IMG/VR virus record: IMGVR_UViG_3300045988_046446
Source of the DNA: a virus
Direction: 5' to 3' (one strand)
Length of the DNA stretch: 32,400 bases
Under the pieces are notes generated by a model, which worked only from the letters and a program-made list of their open reading frames with translations, did no database searches and was not told the origin of the DNA. This document shows, piece after piece, positions 16,968-23,873 of the stretch (its first letter is position 1; every line of letters starts with the position of its first letter). Made by a program: the position numbers and the translations under genes.

Positions 16968-17590
16968 CAGATGCCCCCTAACTTTTGTAGGTTCTTAACG
17001 GCATCCTCGGAAAGCACATTGACCTGCATAGCCTTTGTGCCTGCCTCCTTGCCATTGCTTGTTACGTCCTTAAGGTCTCGCAGTCCTCGTAGCTTCGCCA
17101 TGTAGTTGGCATCGACCATCCCCGCAAGGGCCGCCTCGTCCATCTCGGTTGTTATAAGCTCCTTTATAAGTGTATAACCTAATAGAAGGTTCTCGGCATC
17201 GGGGTTCGTCTCGGAAGCCTTTTCCAGCTTCGCTATGTTCTTATTGAAGTCTTTTATAGACCAGCCTATGAAAAGGCAGAAACCGCCAACAGAGGGCGCG
17301 CGTTTCTTCTCTATGGGTACCTTCTGCCCTGCTGCCGCACCGCCCTTCAGTATCTCGTATTGTATATAGGGGTTCTTCTCGCAAAAGCTCATGTACTCCG
17401 CTACGTAGTTAATACACTCGTCGATGCTGTTAAGCGTCGCACCGTTCACGCCTCGTGTCTGCACTACTTCATAAAGTTGTGTGCATGCCTTTAGCTCGTC
17501 CTTTGGTTTCGGGGGTGTCCCGGTTGCCTGCCCTTTCTTGATTTCCTTTTTCGTATCGGGGGCGGCTTCTTTCTTTGTTCTTCCTGCCAT
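16967..17590 (-). CDS. terS: terminase small subunit (start re-set to Met42 of the tracked ORF 16967..17713)
   Basis: Basic N-terminus MAGRTKKEAAPDTKK. The PSVGGFCLFIGWSIKDFNKNI segment resembles the HTH of Terminase_2-type small subunits. A canonical promoter lies inside the longer ORF version. Confidence 0.6.
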   Translation of the reverse strand: MAGRTKKEAAPDTKKEIKKGQATGTPPKPKDELKACTQLYEVVQTRGVNGATLNSIDECINYVAEYMSFCEKNPYIQYEILKGGAAAGQKVPIEKKRAPSVGGFCLFIGWSIKDFNKNIAKLEKASETNPDAENLLLGYTLIKELITTEMDEAALAGMVDANYMAKLRGLRDLKDVTSNGKEAGTKAMQVNVLSEDAVKNLQKLGGI

Positions 17591-17675
17591 AATCGTTAAT
17601 TGGTTTTGTGCGTGCATGGGATATTGGATAATGTCCATGTGTACGCGGTCTATTACTCCCTTAAGGGTGTGGGGG

Positions 17676-17707
17676 CAAAAGTACATAACTTCCTGCCTCA
17701 AACCAAA
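17676..17707 (-). promoter_or_regulatory. canonical Bacteroidota-type promoter for the late operon
   Basis: Minus strand reads TTTG (17704-17707), a 20-nt spacer, then TACTTTTG (17676-17683). This matches the TTTG-N19-21-TAnnTTTG consensus. Confidence 0.5.
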
Positions 17708-17751
17708 CCGCAATCAGTCGTGAAAATCAAAAACATTTTACAAAGTAGGGG

Positions 17752-18148
17752 GCGGCACAGATAACGCGCTATCACACAACGAGTTACAAGCGTTTTTGCC
17801 TACTGTGCCAGGCACGTTTCTGGTGGCACACCTCGGGTGGCACAGATAACGCGCTATGTATCAGACCGTTAGAGCGACTGTGCCACTGTGCCAGGCAAAA
17901 AGCACTTCTCTAACACTTATTTTATAAATAGTATATATTACTGCTATCTCTACATTGCAATTACCATATATTTTTCCAAATAAAGTGTTATACCTATTTT
18001 ATACTATTTAGTGGCACAGTATAGATAACTATATATAGTTCAGTGAGTTATCTGTGCCACTTGCTGTGCCACCCTACATTTTTCCTGGCACAGTAACTGT
18101 TAACGGTATTGTAGGTCAGCGAGTTAAGTGAGACAAGGACTGTGACAC
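17752..18148. repeat. noncoding motif array B: about 12 copies of GTGGCACAG / CTGTGCCAC / CTGTGCCAGG words around an AT-rich core
   Basis: Copies start at 17752, 17803, 17823, 17837, 17878, 17886, 18011, 18052, 18064, 18084, 18128 and 18140. A 21-nt direct repeat G(C/T)GGCACAGATAACGCGCTAT occurs at 17752 and 17837. No ORF is present. Confidence 0.9.
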
Positions 18149-18274
18149 GCCTATATTTTTTACTTGCCATACTTGATTATCAGCACGTTAGCACGGTGCG
18201 CATTTTGATAAGCATTTTTCAATTAACAATCTAAACACTTTTTAAGAATTGAGCTTTCGTAAAATATAATGACA

Positions 18275-18314
18275 AAGGGCGATTTCTGACTATTTGTAAG
18301 CCGAAACCGCCCTT
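18275..18314 (-). terminator. possible terminator at the end of the early/middle region
   Basis: aagggcgatttc (18275-18286) pairs with gaaaccgccctt (18303-18314): 12 bp with 1 mismatch. On the minus strand it is followed by TTTGTCATTATATTTT. It lies 46 nt after the stop of 18360..18782. Confidence 0.4.
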
Positions 18315-18359
18315 TTGCTATCATTTTTTAAAGGCATATGCTATTCGTAAGGGGCACTA

Positions 18360-18782
18360 TCATTTAGTAACTTTATTGCTTTCCCACCTATCAAATAGCC
18401 AACCATCAACGCTCCAATACCAAATCATTATAGACCCATCGGGGAAAAGAGTTGCCCGGCTTATCCTTCCTTGCCTGTCGATGGTGTATCGCCTCGGCAC
18501 GTCTTGCTCGTTCCGCTTCTCCTCATCGCGCCTTGCCTCATCACGGAACAAGTATTGCCGCTTATTAACTTCCTGCTTGTACGTGAAACCCTGCCCCTCT
18601 ATATAGGCCGCCAGCTTATCTATCCACTTCCGGCATTCACGGGCTGATACGCTACCGCGCCCCCATCTATCCTTTTTAACTCCCTTCTCGAAGCCGTACC
18701 GCCTTATGAACTCCCAAATGATGAACGTGTGTACATTGAGGCATACCGCTATATCCATAAAACTAACTTTCTTCATGTACAA
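18360..18782 (-). CDS. putative helix-turn-helix DNA-binding protein (140 aa)
   Basis: N-terminal VSFMDIAVCLNVHTFIIWEFIRRYGF has a helix-turn-helix appearance, followed by a basic R/K/E middle region. It is the last gene before array B. Confidence 0.35.
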   Translation of the reverse strand: MYMKKVSFMDIAVCLNVHTFIIWEFIRRYGFEKGVKKDRWGRGSVSARECRKWIDKLAAYIEGQGFTYKQEVNKRQYLFRDEARRDEEKRNEQDVPRRYTIDRQGRISRATLFPDGSIMIWYWSVDGWLFDRWESNKVTK

Positions 18783-18787
18783 TGTCC

Positions 18788-19045
18788 TTAAGTCTTATAT
18801 ACTTGTAACGTGCCCCCGCTCGAGGCTTCTTCATGAATACATATCCACCTACGCTCATTAAATCCTCTGGCGTGTGCCACACTCTCATGTACTTCTACTA
18901 TAATCACGTCTTTTAGGCTCGTGTAGCCCACTACCCTAATACCGATGAGGTATTCCACTTCGTCAACCCTTGCGGCTGTCCTATCGCCCCATTTAAGCTT
19001 ATGGGGTAGCTTTGGTTCTTTAGTCATTTTCGTTAAACACTCCAT
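18788..19045 (-). CDS. small protein, member of the 'VVGY...GW' paralog family (85 aa)
   Basis: YLIGIRVVGYTSLKDVIIVEV is alignable to 19614..19886 and 23378..23653. It has a TAATG overlap with the upstream micro-ORF. Confidence 0.6.
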   Translation of the reverse strand: MECLTKMTKEPKLPHKLKWGDRTAARVDEVEYLIGIRVVGYTSLKDVIIVEVHESVAHARGFNERRWICIHEEASSGGTLQVYKT

Positions 19046-19146
19046 TACTCGTCGTACTCCCCATCTATATTACGGGCTGCAAATTTAGCCACAAACCACA
19101 AACCAGTTACCAAACCCGCACCGATTGCTATTCCGAATAAACACAT
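19045..19146 (-). CDS. 33-aa single-pass membrane micro-protein
   Basis: Own translation: MCLFGIAIGAGLVTGLWFVAKFAARNIDGEYDE*. It has TAATG overlaps with both neighbours. It falls below the ORF-track cutoff. Confidence 0.4.
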   Translation of the reverse strand: MCLFGIAIGAGLVTGLWFVAKFAARNIDGEYDE

Positions 19147-19607
19147 TAATGCCTCCATACCTTTTCCCCCCATACTTTTTCCTCCCATATTTTTGGCGAT
19201 ACATTTTCTAAACCATCTCCCATGCTTACAAGCTTCATACCTCCGTGCTTACCGCGGATATAAGCGGCTTGTACATTACCGTGCTCGTCCGCCGAGAATT
19301 GAATACCCGTCACGCCTTCGTGCTCCTTGATAAGCTCGCCTATCGTCTTGTGCTTCGGGGCTTCCTCTACCGGCATCCCGGTCGGCTCCTCCAGCATCCC
19401 GGCGTTGCGGTATTCATAAGAAAGGAATTCATCCTCGGACACGCCTATATCGTTAGCGCCCCAGGACTGCCAGCCGTTCACGTGGTCGACACCTAATATC
19501 ACGCCGTGCATATCGTTCCAACCGACTACCACACCGGCATACTCACCGTTCTTGTTGAATACCGCACGCCCTGCGTACAGCAATGCAAAATCTTTGTTTC
19601 TAATCAT
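19146..19607 (-). CDS. hypothetical protein (153 aa) with an N-terminal paralog-family-like domain
   Basis: YAGVVVGWNDMHGVILGVDHVNGW resembles the VVGY...GW family. The C-terminus carries a 5-aa repeat, KIWEE/KVWGE/KVWRH. Confidence 0.6.
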   Translation of the reverse strand: MIRNKDFALLYAGRAVFNKNGEYAGVVVGWNDMHGVILGVDHVNGWQSWGANDIGVSEDEFLSYEYRNAGMLEEPTGMPVEEAPKHKTIGELIKEHEGVTGIQFSADEHGNVQAAYIRGKHGGMKLVSMGDGLENVSPKIWEEKVWGEKVWRH

Positions 19608-19613
19608 AATCTT

Positions 19614-19886
19614 CTAATCTATTAAATCATTAATACCGGCATACCAATATCTTTCGCACTTTTTGACTACAACATCTTGCGGGTCTAAAAATTTCCCATA
19701 CCATCCTTCGATTTTGGAAGCTTCTACTATAAGTGGGTATGTATATTCATTGTCCCTATACCCCACTACTTCTACTTTCTCGCCGAAGATGCTAACCAAT
19801 CGTCCTACATACTTTTCCATCGGGTGGGCTTCTTTCTGTCTAAACTGTGAGTACATCTCACTAACTGCTTTTGAATACTTTTCCAT
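19614..19886 (-). CDS. small protein, 'VVGY...GW' paralog family (90 aa)
   Basis: VGRLVSIFGEKVEVVGY...IEGW...RYWYAGINDLI aligns with 23378..23653. Preceded by cassette copy 2. Confidence 0.65.
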   Translation of the reverse strand: MEKYSKAVSEMYSQFRQKEAHPMEKYVGRLVSIFGEKVEVVGYRDNEYTYPLIVEASKIEGWYGKFLDPQDVVVKKCERYWYAGINDLID

Positions 19887-19968
19887 AATCTTTTGTTTTT
19901 AAATCGTTGATACAAGTATAACGCTTTTTCCGTTACATTGGTTCTTTCGTTAACATCATTTAAGTATT
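19887..19968 (-). promoter_or_regulatory. early promoter-leader cassette, copy 2
   Basis: Minus strand reads ...CTTAAATGATGTTAACGAAAGAACCAATGTAACGGAAAAAGCGTTATACTTGTATCAACGATTTAAAAACAAAAGATTATG. The -7 box is at 19913-19920 and the upstream element at 19938-19954. Confidence 0.6.
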
Positions 19969-20016
19969 AAACTATCCCTCAACGATAGCCCGTGCTCTAA
20001 TTGCTGTAGCTTGAAA

Positions 20017-20094
20017 TTACGTTGTATGCTGTACTACGGTGCAGCCTACCAATATTAGTAGTAGGACTGCGATAACTACTATTAGCTTTTTCAT
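20017..20094 (-). CDS. 25-aa lipoprotein-like micro-ORF
   Basis: Own translation: MKKLIVVIAVLLLILVGCTVVQHTT*. It has a signal peptide with an LVGC lipobox and an ATGA overlap with the SNF2 helicase stop. Confidence 0.35.
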   Translation of the reverse strand: MKKLIVVIAVLLLILVGCTVVQHTT

Positions 20095-21479
20095 TTCTTA
20101 CTGTAAAATTCCATAAGTTCTTTAATACTCTGCATAAGCCCGTCTTGCGTCTGTTTCTTGCCTTCCAGGGCTTTTATTATCTTCTCGTCTACCGTTCCAG
20201 TGGTTAAGATGTGATGAACGGTTACCGGGTACGTTTGCCCCTGGCGGTACAACCGGGCGTTGAACTGCATGTATAACTCCAGGCTCCATGTGTTACCGAA
20301 CCATATAAGCGTATGCCCACCTTTTTGTAGGTTAAGCCCGTGCCCTGCGCTCGCCGGGTGCGTTACAAGCACTTTAATCTTTCCGGCGTTCCACTCGGCT
20401 ATCTGCTCGGGCTTCTCCAGCTTTACGGGCTTATATGCCTTTAGCTTCTTCACTATGCGGTCAAGGTCATGCTTGTAAGAGTAGGCAACCAATACGGGCG
20501 AACCGTTTGCAGCCTCTACAAGCTCCTCGAGTTTTTCCAACTTCTCGTCGTGCACCTCGATAACCTTTCGGTCAGAATCGTATATCGCGCCATTCGCGAA
20601 TTGCTGTAGCTTATTGGATAAAGCCGCCGCACTTGCCGCGCTTATCGGTTCGACCGAGTTGATAAGCTCCAATACTTGCTCCTTCTCGAACTCCTTATAC
20701 TGTGCCAGCACTTTAGGAGACAGCTCCACGCGGTCGTATATGTTAATGTGGTCGGGCATCTTCAAATAATCCTCGGCGGTCATTGATATGGTTATGTCGC
20801 TGATAAGGTCACTTATCTGCTTCTCTGTTTCCTCCTGTGGGCTTTTCAGCGCATAACTGTACACTATATCACCGTTCCGTTTATCGGGTCTGAAAAACCT
20901 ATCTCTGTATGCTGTGATTGATTTACCGAGTCTTTCCCCTTGGTCTATCAAATACATTTGCGCAAATAGGTCTATTAGCCCGTTTGGCGATGGTGTACCC
21001 GTCAAGCCTACTACACGTGGTATGAACTTCCGCACCTTTCTAAGGGCTTTAAAACGCTTTGACGCGTAATTTTTGAAACTACTAAGCTCGTCGATAACAA
21101 CCATATCATAGGGTAACTTTATACCTCCGAACTCCATTACAAGCCAAGCAATGTTATCACGGCTAATTGCGTATATGTCCGCTTTCTTCTCGTAGGCTTC
21201 CCGGCGCTGTTTAACCGTACCGTCTATGACTGATATAGTCAAGTCCTTAAGGTGCTCCCAGGCTTTAATCTCGTCGCTCCATGTAACCTGCGTTACCTTC
21301 TTCGGGGCTATTACCAGGCAATTAGATATAATGCAATTGTCCAAAAGGTCTTTGATGGCGGTTAGGGTTGTTACTGTCTTACCCAAACCCATATCAAGGA
21401 ACAACGCGCAAAACTCGTTGTCAATAATATGTTGCACTCCCTTCACTTGGTATTCATGTAATTGCTTTCTCTCTAACAT
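20091..21479 (-). CDS. SNF2-family (superfamily 2) helicase/ATPase
   Basis: Motif I DMGLGKT, motif II VVIDELSSF, motif III LTGTPSPNG, motif V SAGHGLNLQ and motif VI QFNARLYRQGQ. Confidence 0.85.
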   Translation of the reverse strand: MLERKQLHEYQVKGVQHIIDNEFCALFLDMGLGKTVTTLTAIKDLLDNCIISNCLVIAPKKVTQVTWSDEIKAWEHLKDLTISVIDGTVKQRREAYEKKADIYAISRDNIAWLVMEFGGIKLPYDMVVIDELSSFKNYASKRFKALRKVRKFIPRVVGLTGTPSPNGLIDLFAQMYLIDQGERLGKSITAYRDRFFRPDKRNGDIVYSYALKSPQEETEKQISDLISDITISMTAEDYLKMPDHINIYDRVELSPKVLAQYKEFEKEQVLELINSVEPISAASAAALSNKLQQFANGAIYDSDRKVIEVHDEKLEKLEELVEAANGSPVLVAYSYKHDLDRIVKKLKAYKPVKLEKPEQIAEWNAGKIKVLVTHPASAGHGLNLQKGGHTLIWFGNTWSLELYMQFNARLYRQGQTYPVTVHHILTTGTVDEKIIKALEGKKQTQDGLMQSIKELMEFYSKK

Positions 21480-21649
21480 AGCATTGCTTTTATCATTGAT
21501 AACTGGGTGCTAAACTCATGGAGAGCCGCTGGTGTTATATGCGCTAATACCCTATCGTAATCGGCCGCGCACTTGATGCGCTGCCCGTTGATTACTATTT
21601 CGGTGTGTCCTGCGATACACTTTAACTTTAAATCTATATAGTTTACCAT
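21473..21649 (-). CDS. 58-aa hypothetical micro-protein
   Basis: Own translation: MVNYIDLKLKCIAGHTEIVINGQRIKCAADYDRVLAHITPAALHEFSTQLSMIKAMLC*. It fills the gap between 21657 and 21479, and its stop overlaps the SNF2 start. Confidence 0.4.
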   Translation of the reverse strand: MVNYIDLKLKCIAGHTEIVINGQRIKCAADYDRVLAHITPAALHEFSTQLSMIKAMLC

Positions 21650-21656
21650 AGCTTTA

Positions 21657-21896
21657 TTACTTCATTAATTTTGTTTTATAGAACACACAAATGCTTTTGA
21701 AATCTCTTTCCTCGGGAATTTCTCCGAGTTGTTTACGGGAAAGGAAAATAACGTCTTTGGTTATATCGTCTTCAAGTTGTTTCATTACTTGTTCCTCATC
21801 TCCGTACTTCTTATCGCGTACATACATCGCCCCGCTCTTTAAGCTGAAGTACAACCCTAAACGGTATTCAATCTCATTTCTAATTCCTTTTTTCAT
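21657..21896 (-). CDS. hypothetical early protein (79 aa)
   Basis: ORF in the track, preceded by cassette copy 4. Confidence 0.6.
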   Translation of the reverse strand: MKKGIRNEIEYRLGLYFSLKSGAMYVRDKKYGDEEQVMKQLEDDITKDVIFLSRKQLGEIPEERDFKSICVFYKTKLMK

Positions 21897-21964
21897 GATT
21901 TTCTGTTTTTAAATTGATACTACAACGATAATGGTTTTTGCGATACGTTGGTTATTTCCTTAAC
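21897..21964 (-). promoter_or_regulatory. early promoter-leader cassette, copy 4 (degenerate -7 box; overlaps the 3' end of the VRR-NUC gene)
   Basis: Minus strand reads GTTAAGGAAATAACCAACGTATCGCAAAAACCATTATCGTTGTAGTATCAATTTAAAAACAGAAAATCATG. The 34-nt and 68-nt registers are the same as in the other copies. Confidence 0.45.
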
Positions 21965-22258
21965 TTTATTCAAGAAGAAAGTTATTGCGTTGTCCCTGCT
22001 CTCCAAATCGTCGATAACAAATACCGTGAAGCCGAGCGCCCTTAGCTTCTCGTGGATGTAGGATTGTATCTTTGTCGGCTTCTTCCCGGTGGTCTTTATC
22101 TCGGCAAAGCCTACGTACCCACCCTGGCAAAGTATCATCCTATCCGGCAAACCCTTTACAAAGGTGGATAATAATTTTATTACCCACACTTTTTTTGTTC
22201 GGTTAAGCTTCTCGGAAAATGTACGCTCTAAATCTTTTTCACTTATTATATCCCTCAT
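21920..22258 (-). CDS. VRR-NUC domain nuclease
   Basis: GLPDRMILCQGGYVGFAEIKTTGKKPTKIQ matches the VRR-NUC core (G.PD....fiE.K..g.k.s..Q). 112 aa. Adjacent to the SNF2 helicase, as in related replication modules. Confidence 0.75.
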   Translation of the reverse strand: MRDIISEKDLERTFSEKLNRTKKVWVIKLLSTFVKGLPDRMILCQGGYVGFAEIKTTGKKPTKIQSYIHEKLRALGFTVFVIDDLESRDNAITFFLNKVKEITNVSQKPLSL

Positions 22259-22260
22259 TA

Positions 22261-23013
22261 TTATAACGTAAATTGAATTGCTTTATTTTCTAACTTAGAA
22301 ACGCTTATGAACTCGGGGTACGTCCCGTCTGCACGTTTTGCCGACACATTGCGATAGTAAAACTTTCCGCCTCCCATACCGAAGTAGCGGAATAGCCGCC
22401 CGTCGCACGTTATTATATAGTCGTGCTTCTCGTAGAGCGTACCTACGTACCCTATCTTTAGCGAGCTTCTGTGATTGCCGGAATATAGGCTATCCTTTAG
22501 CTTGAACGTTCTATTCGGTAGATGCTTATCTTCGGTGTAATACCAATGCCCCGAAAGGTCTACGTACAAGTGTCCGCCCACCGCGTCGACGCCCAAATAC
22601 ATATAGGGTACATCACCAACCATAAACACCGAGTAACCGGCATACTTACCGTTCCACTTCGCGCCCTCTATATAGAGCATTGGTGGCCTCATTGTCTCGT
22701 CCAAGCAAAATACCGTTGTATCATCGCTTTCCTCGTCCTCTACGGGCTTTTCTGCCTCGGCTGGTGCAACTACCTTGGTTTCCTTTGAAACTTCCTTAGA
22801 TAGCTCCGCAATGCGATATTTGCATATGTGGATAATCTTTTCGTAGTCAAGCGTCCGTTCCTCTCCCTCCTTGGTTCGGAGAACGCGTTTCACTATATCC
22901 GCGTCCCAGGGGTTGAGGTTATACTCTTTCCAAATGTCCCACGGTTGTATAGCGTGCTTTGCATAATCGGACTTACCTACGTTGTAACTCTGTACGTTTT
23001 CACTTGTTGACAT
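22261..23013 (-). CDS. protein with a DUF3310-like N-terminal domain and an unknown C-terminal domain
   Basis: The N-terminus SDYAKHAIQPWDIWKEYNLNPWDADIVKRVLRTKEGEERTLDYEKIIHICKY resembles the DUF3310 pattern (ie.idi...w.l....gn.iKY..R....g....DleKa..Y). The C-terminal half is aromatic/Gly-rich. Confidence 0.5.
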   Translation of the reverse strand: MSTSENVQSYNVGKSDYAKHAIQPWDIWKEYNLNPWDADIVKRVLRTKEGEERTLDYEKIIHICKYRIAELSKEVSKETKVVAPAEAEKPVEDEESDDTTVFCLDETMRPPMLYIEGAKWNGKYAGYSVFMVGDVPYMYLGVDAVGGHLYVDLSGHWYYTEDKHLPNRTFKLKDSLYSGNHRSSLKIGYVGTLYEKHDYIITCDGRLFRYFGMGGGKFYYRNVSAKRADGTYPEFISVSKLENKAIQFTL

Positions 23014-23161
23014 AACACAATATTATTTTATTTGTTTTGAACTCATTTTTATAGAACTCCCGTGCCTCTTCCACGGCTGGAAACACCCCATCGCCAGGGG
23101 TTGGATAATAAGAGGTACGTTCCCCTGCGTTTACTGCGATAACTTTTAAGATAGTAACCAT
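23000..23161 (-). CDS. 53-aa hypothetical micro-protein
   Basis: Own translation: MVTILKVIAVNAGERTSYYPTPGDGVFPAVEEAREFYKNEFKTNKIILCYVNK*. It fills the 132-nt gap and overlaps both neighbours. Confidence 0.35.
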   Translation of the reverse strand: MVTILKVIAVNAGERTSYYPTPGDGVFPAVEEAREFYKNEFKTNKIILCYVNK

Positions 23162-23370
23162 TCTAATCTATTGTTTTCTGTGTTAATACATTCTGATAGT
23201 TTATGCAAGCTCGTTTCTGTGATTTGGCGCGTGTAGGTCTGTCCCAGCATACCAATAAACGGTTTGTCACCTGCGTACATAATACGCGATACGTGTTCAA
23301 CGTTGATAAACTCCACTTGTAATTCACCTTTAACTACGAATTCCAGTCTGATAAAATTTCCACTTTTCAT
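23146..23370 (-). CDS. hypothetical early protein (74 aa)
   Basis: ORF in the track. Confidence 0.6.
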   Translation of the reverse strand: MKSGNFIRLEFVVKGELQVEFINVEHVSRIMYAGDKPFIGMLGQTYTRQITETSLHKLSECINTENNRLEWLLS

Positions 23371-23377
23371 AATCTTG

Positions 23378-23653
23378 TTATCTTAAAATTCCTACAATAT
23401 TATCTAAATTCACAAGCCAGTACGTTTCTGCAGCCTTAAATATTATGTCCGCGGTTCCTAAAGCAGTGGCCCTCCACCCTAAGCCCTTTCCGTCTATAAT
23501 AACCTGGTATGTGTTACTCGAGACATACCCCACGACTTCCACAATTGAAAACCTCTCGAATACTGGTTCGGTTACGCATTGTTCTTGCTCTTCTCCCGGC
23601 AAAGCACCCAATCTAACTAATACTCTCTTTCCTACTAATTCTTTCTGTTCCAT
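23378..23653 (-). CDS. small protein, 'VVGY...GW' paralog family (91 aa)
   Basis: VGKRVLVR...FSIVEVVGYVSSNTYQVIIDGKGLGW...ETYWLVNLDNIV aligns with 19614..19886. Confidence 0.65.
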   Translation of the reverse strand: MEQKELVGKRVLVRLGALPGEEQEQCVTEPVFERFSIVEVVGYVSSNTYQVIIDGKGLGWRATALGTADIIFKAAETYWLVNLDNIVGILR

Positions 23654-23678
23654 AATCTTTTGTTTTTAAACTGTTTAA

Positions 23679-23873
23679 TCAATTGGTTTTTAACATATTG
23701 TAGGCGGCTTGTTTTGCATTTAAATGCTTCTCCTCATTTTCATCGTCATCGCACCAGTCCCATATCTCGGCGTCAGAGCAATGCACAGAATTATCTAAGC
23801 CTCTTAATGTATATTGGCCGTAACCGGCTATTTCAATAGTGATAATTTCGCTGTTAAATTCAAACGTTTTCAT
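23679..23873 (-). CDS. hypothetical acidic early protein (64 aa)
   Basis: ORF in the track, preceded by cassette copy 5. The N-terminus MKTFEFN resembles MKVTTFEF of the junction-spanning gene. Confidence 0.6.
   Translation of the reverse strand: MKTFEFNSEIITIEIAGYGQYTLRGLDNSVHCSDAEIWDWCDDDENEEKHLNAKQAAYNMLKTN

Noticed and set aside
17752-17857. TGGCAC words read as sigma-54 -24/-12 promoters
   Set aside because: Only the two GTGGCACAGATAACGCGC copies give GG-N10-GC spacing, and they read ACGC rather than TTGC at -12. Other copies fail the spacing. The words occur on both strands, and there is no plus-strand gene for them to drive.
17752-18148. The possibility that the repeat arrays are CRISPR arrays
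   Set aside because: The repeated words are only 9-21 nt and occur in both orientations with irregular, often zero, spacing. There is no regular repeat-spacer periodicity and no cas genes.
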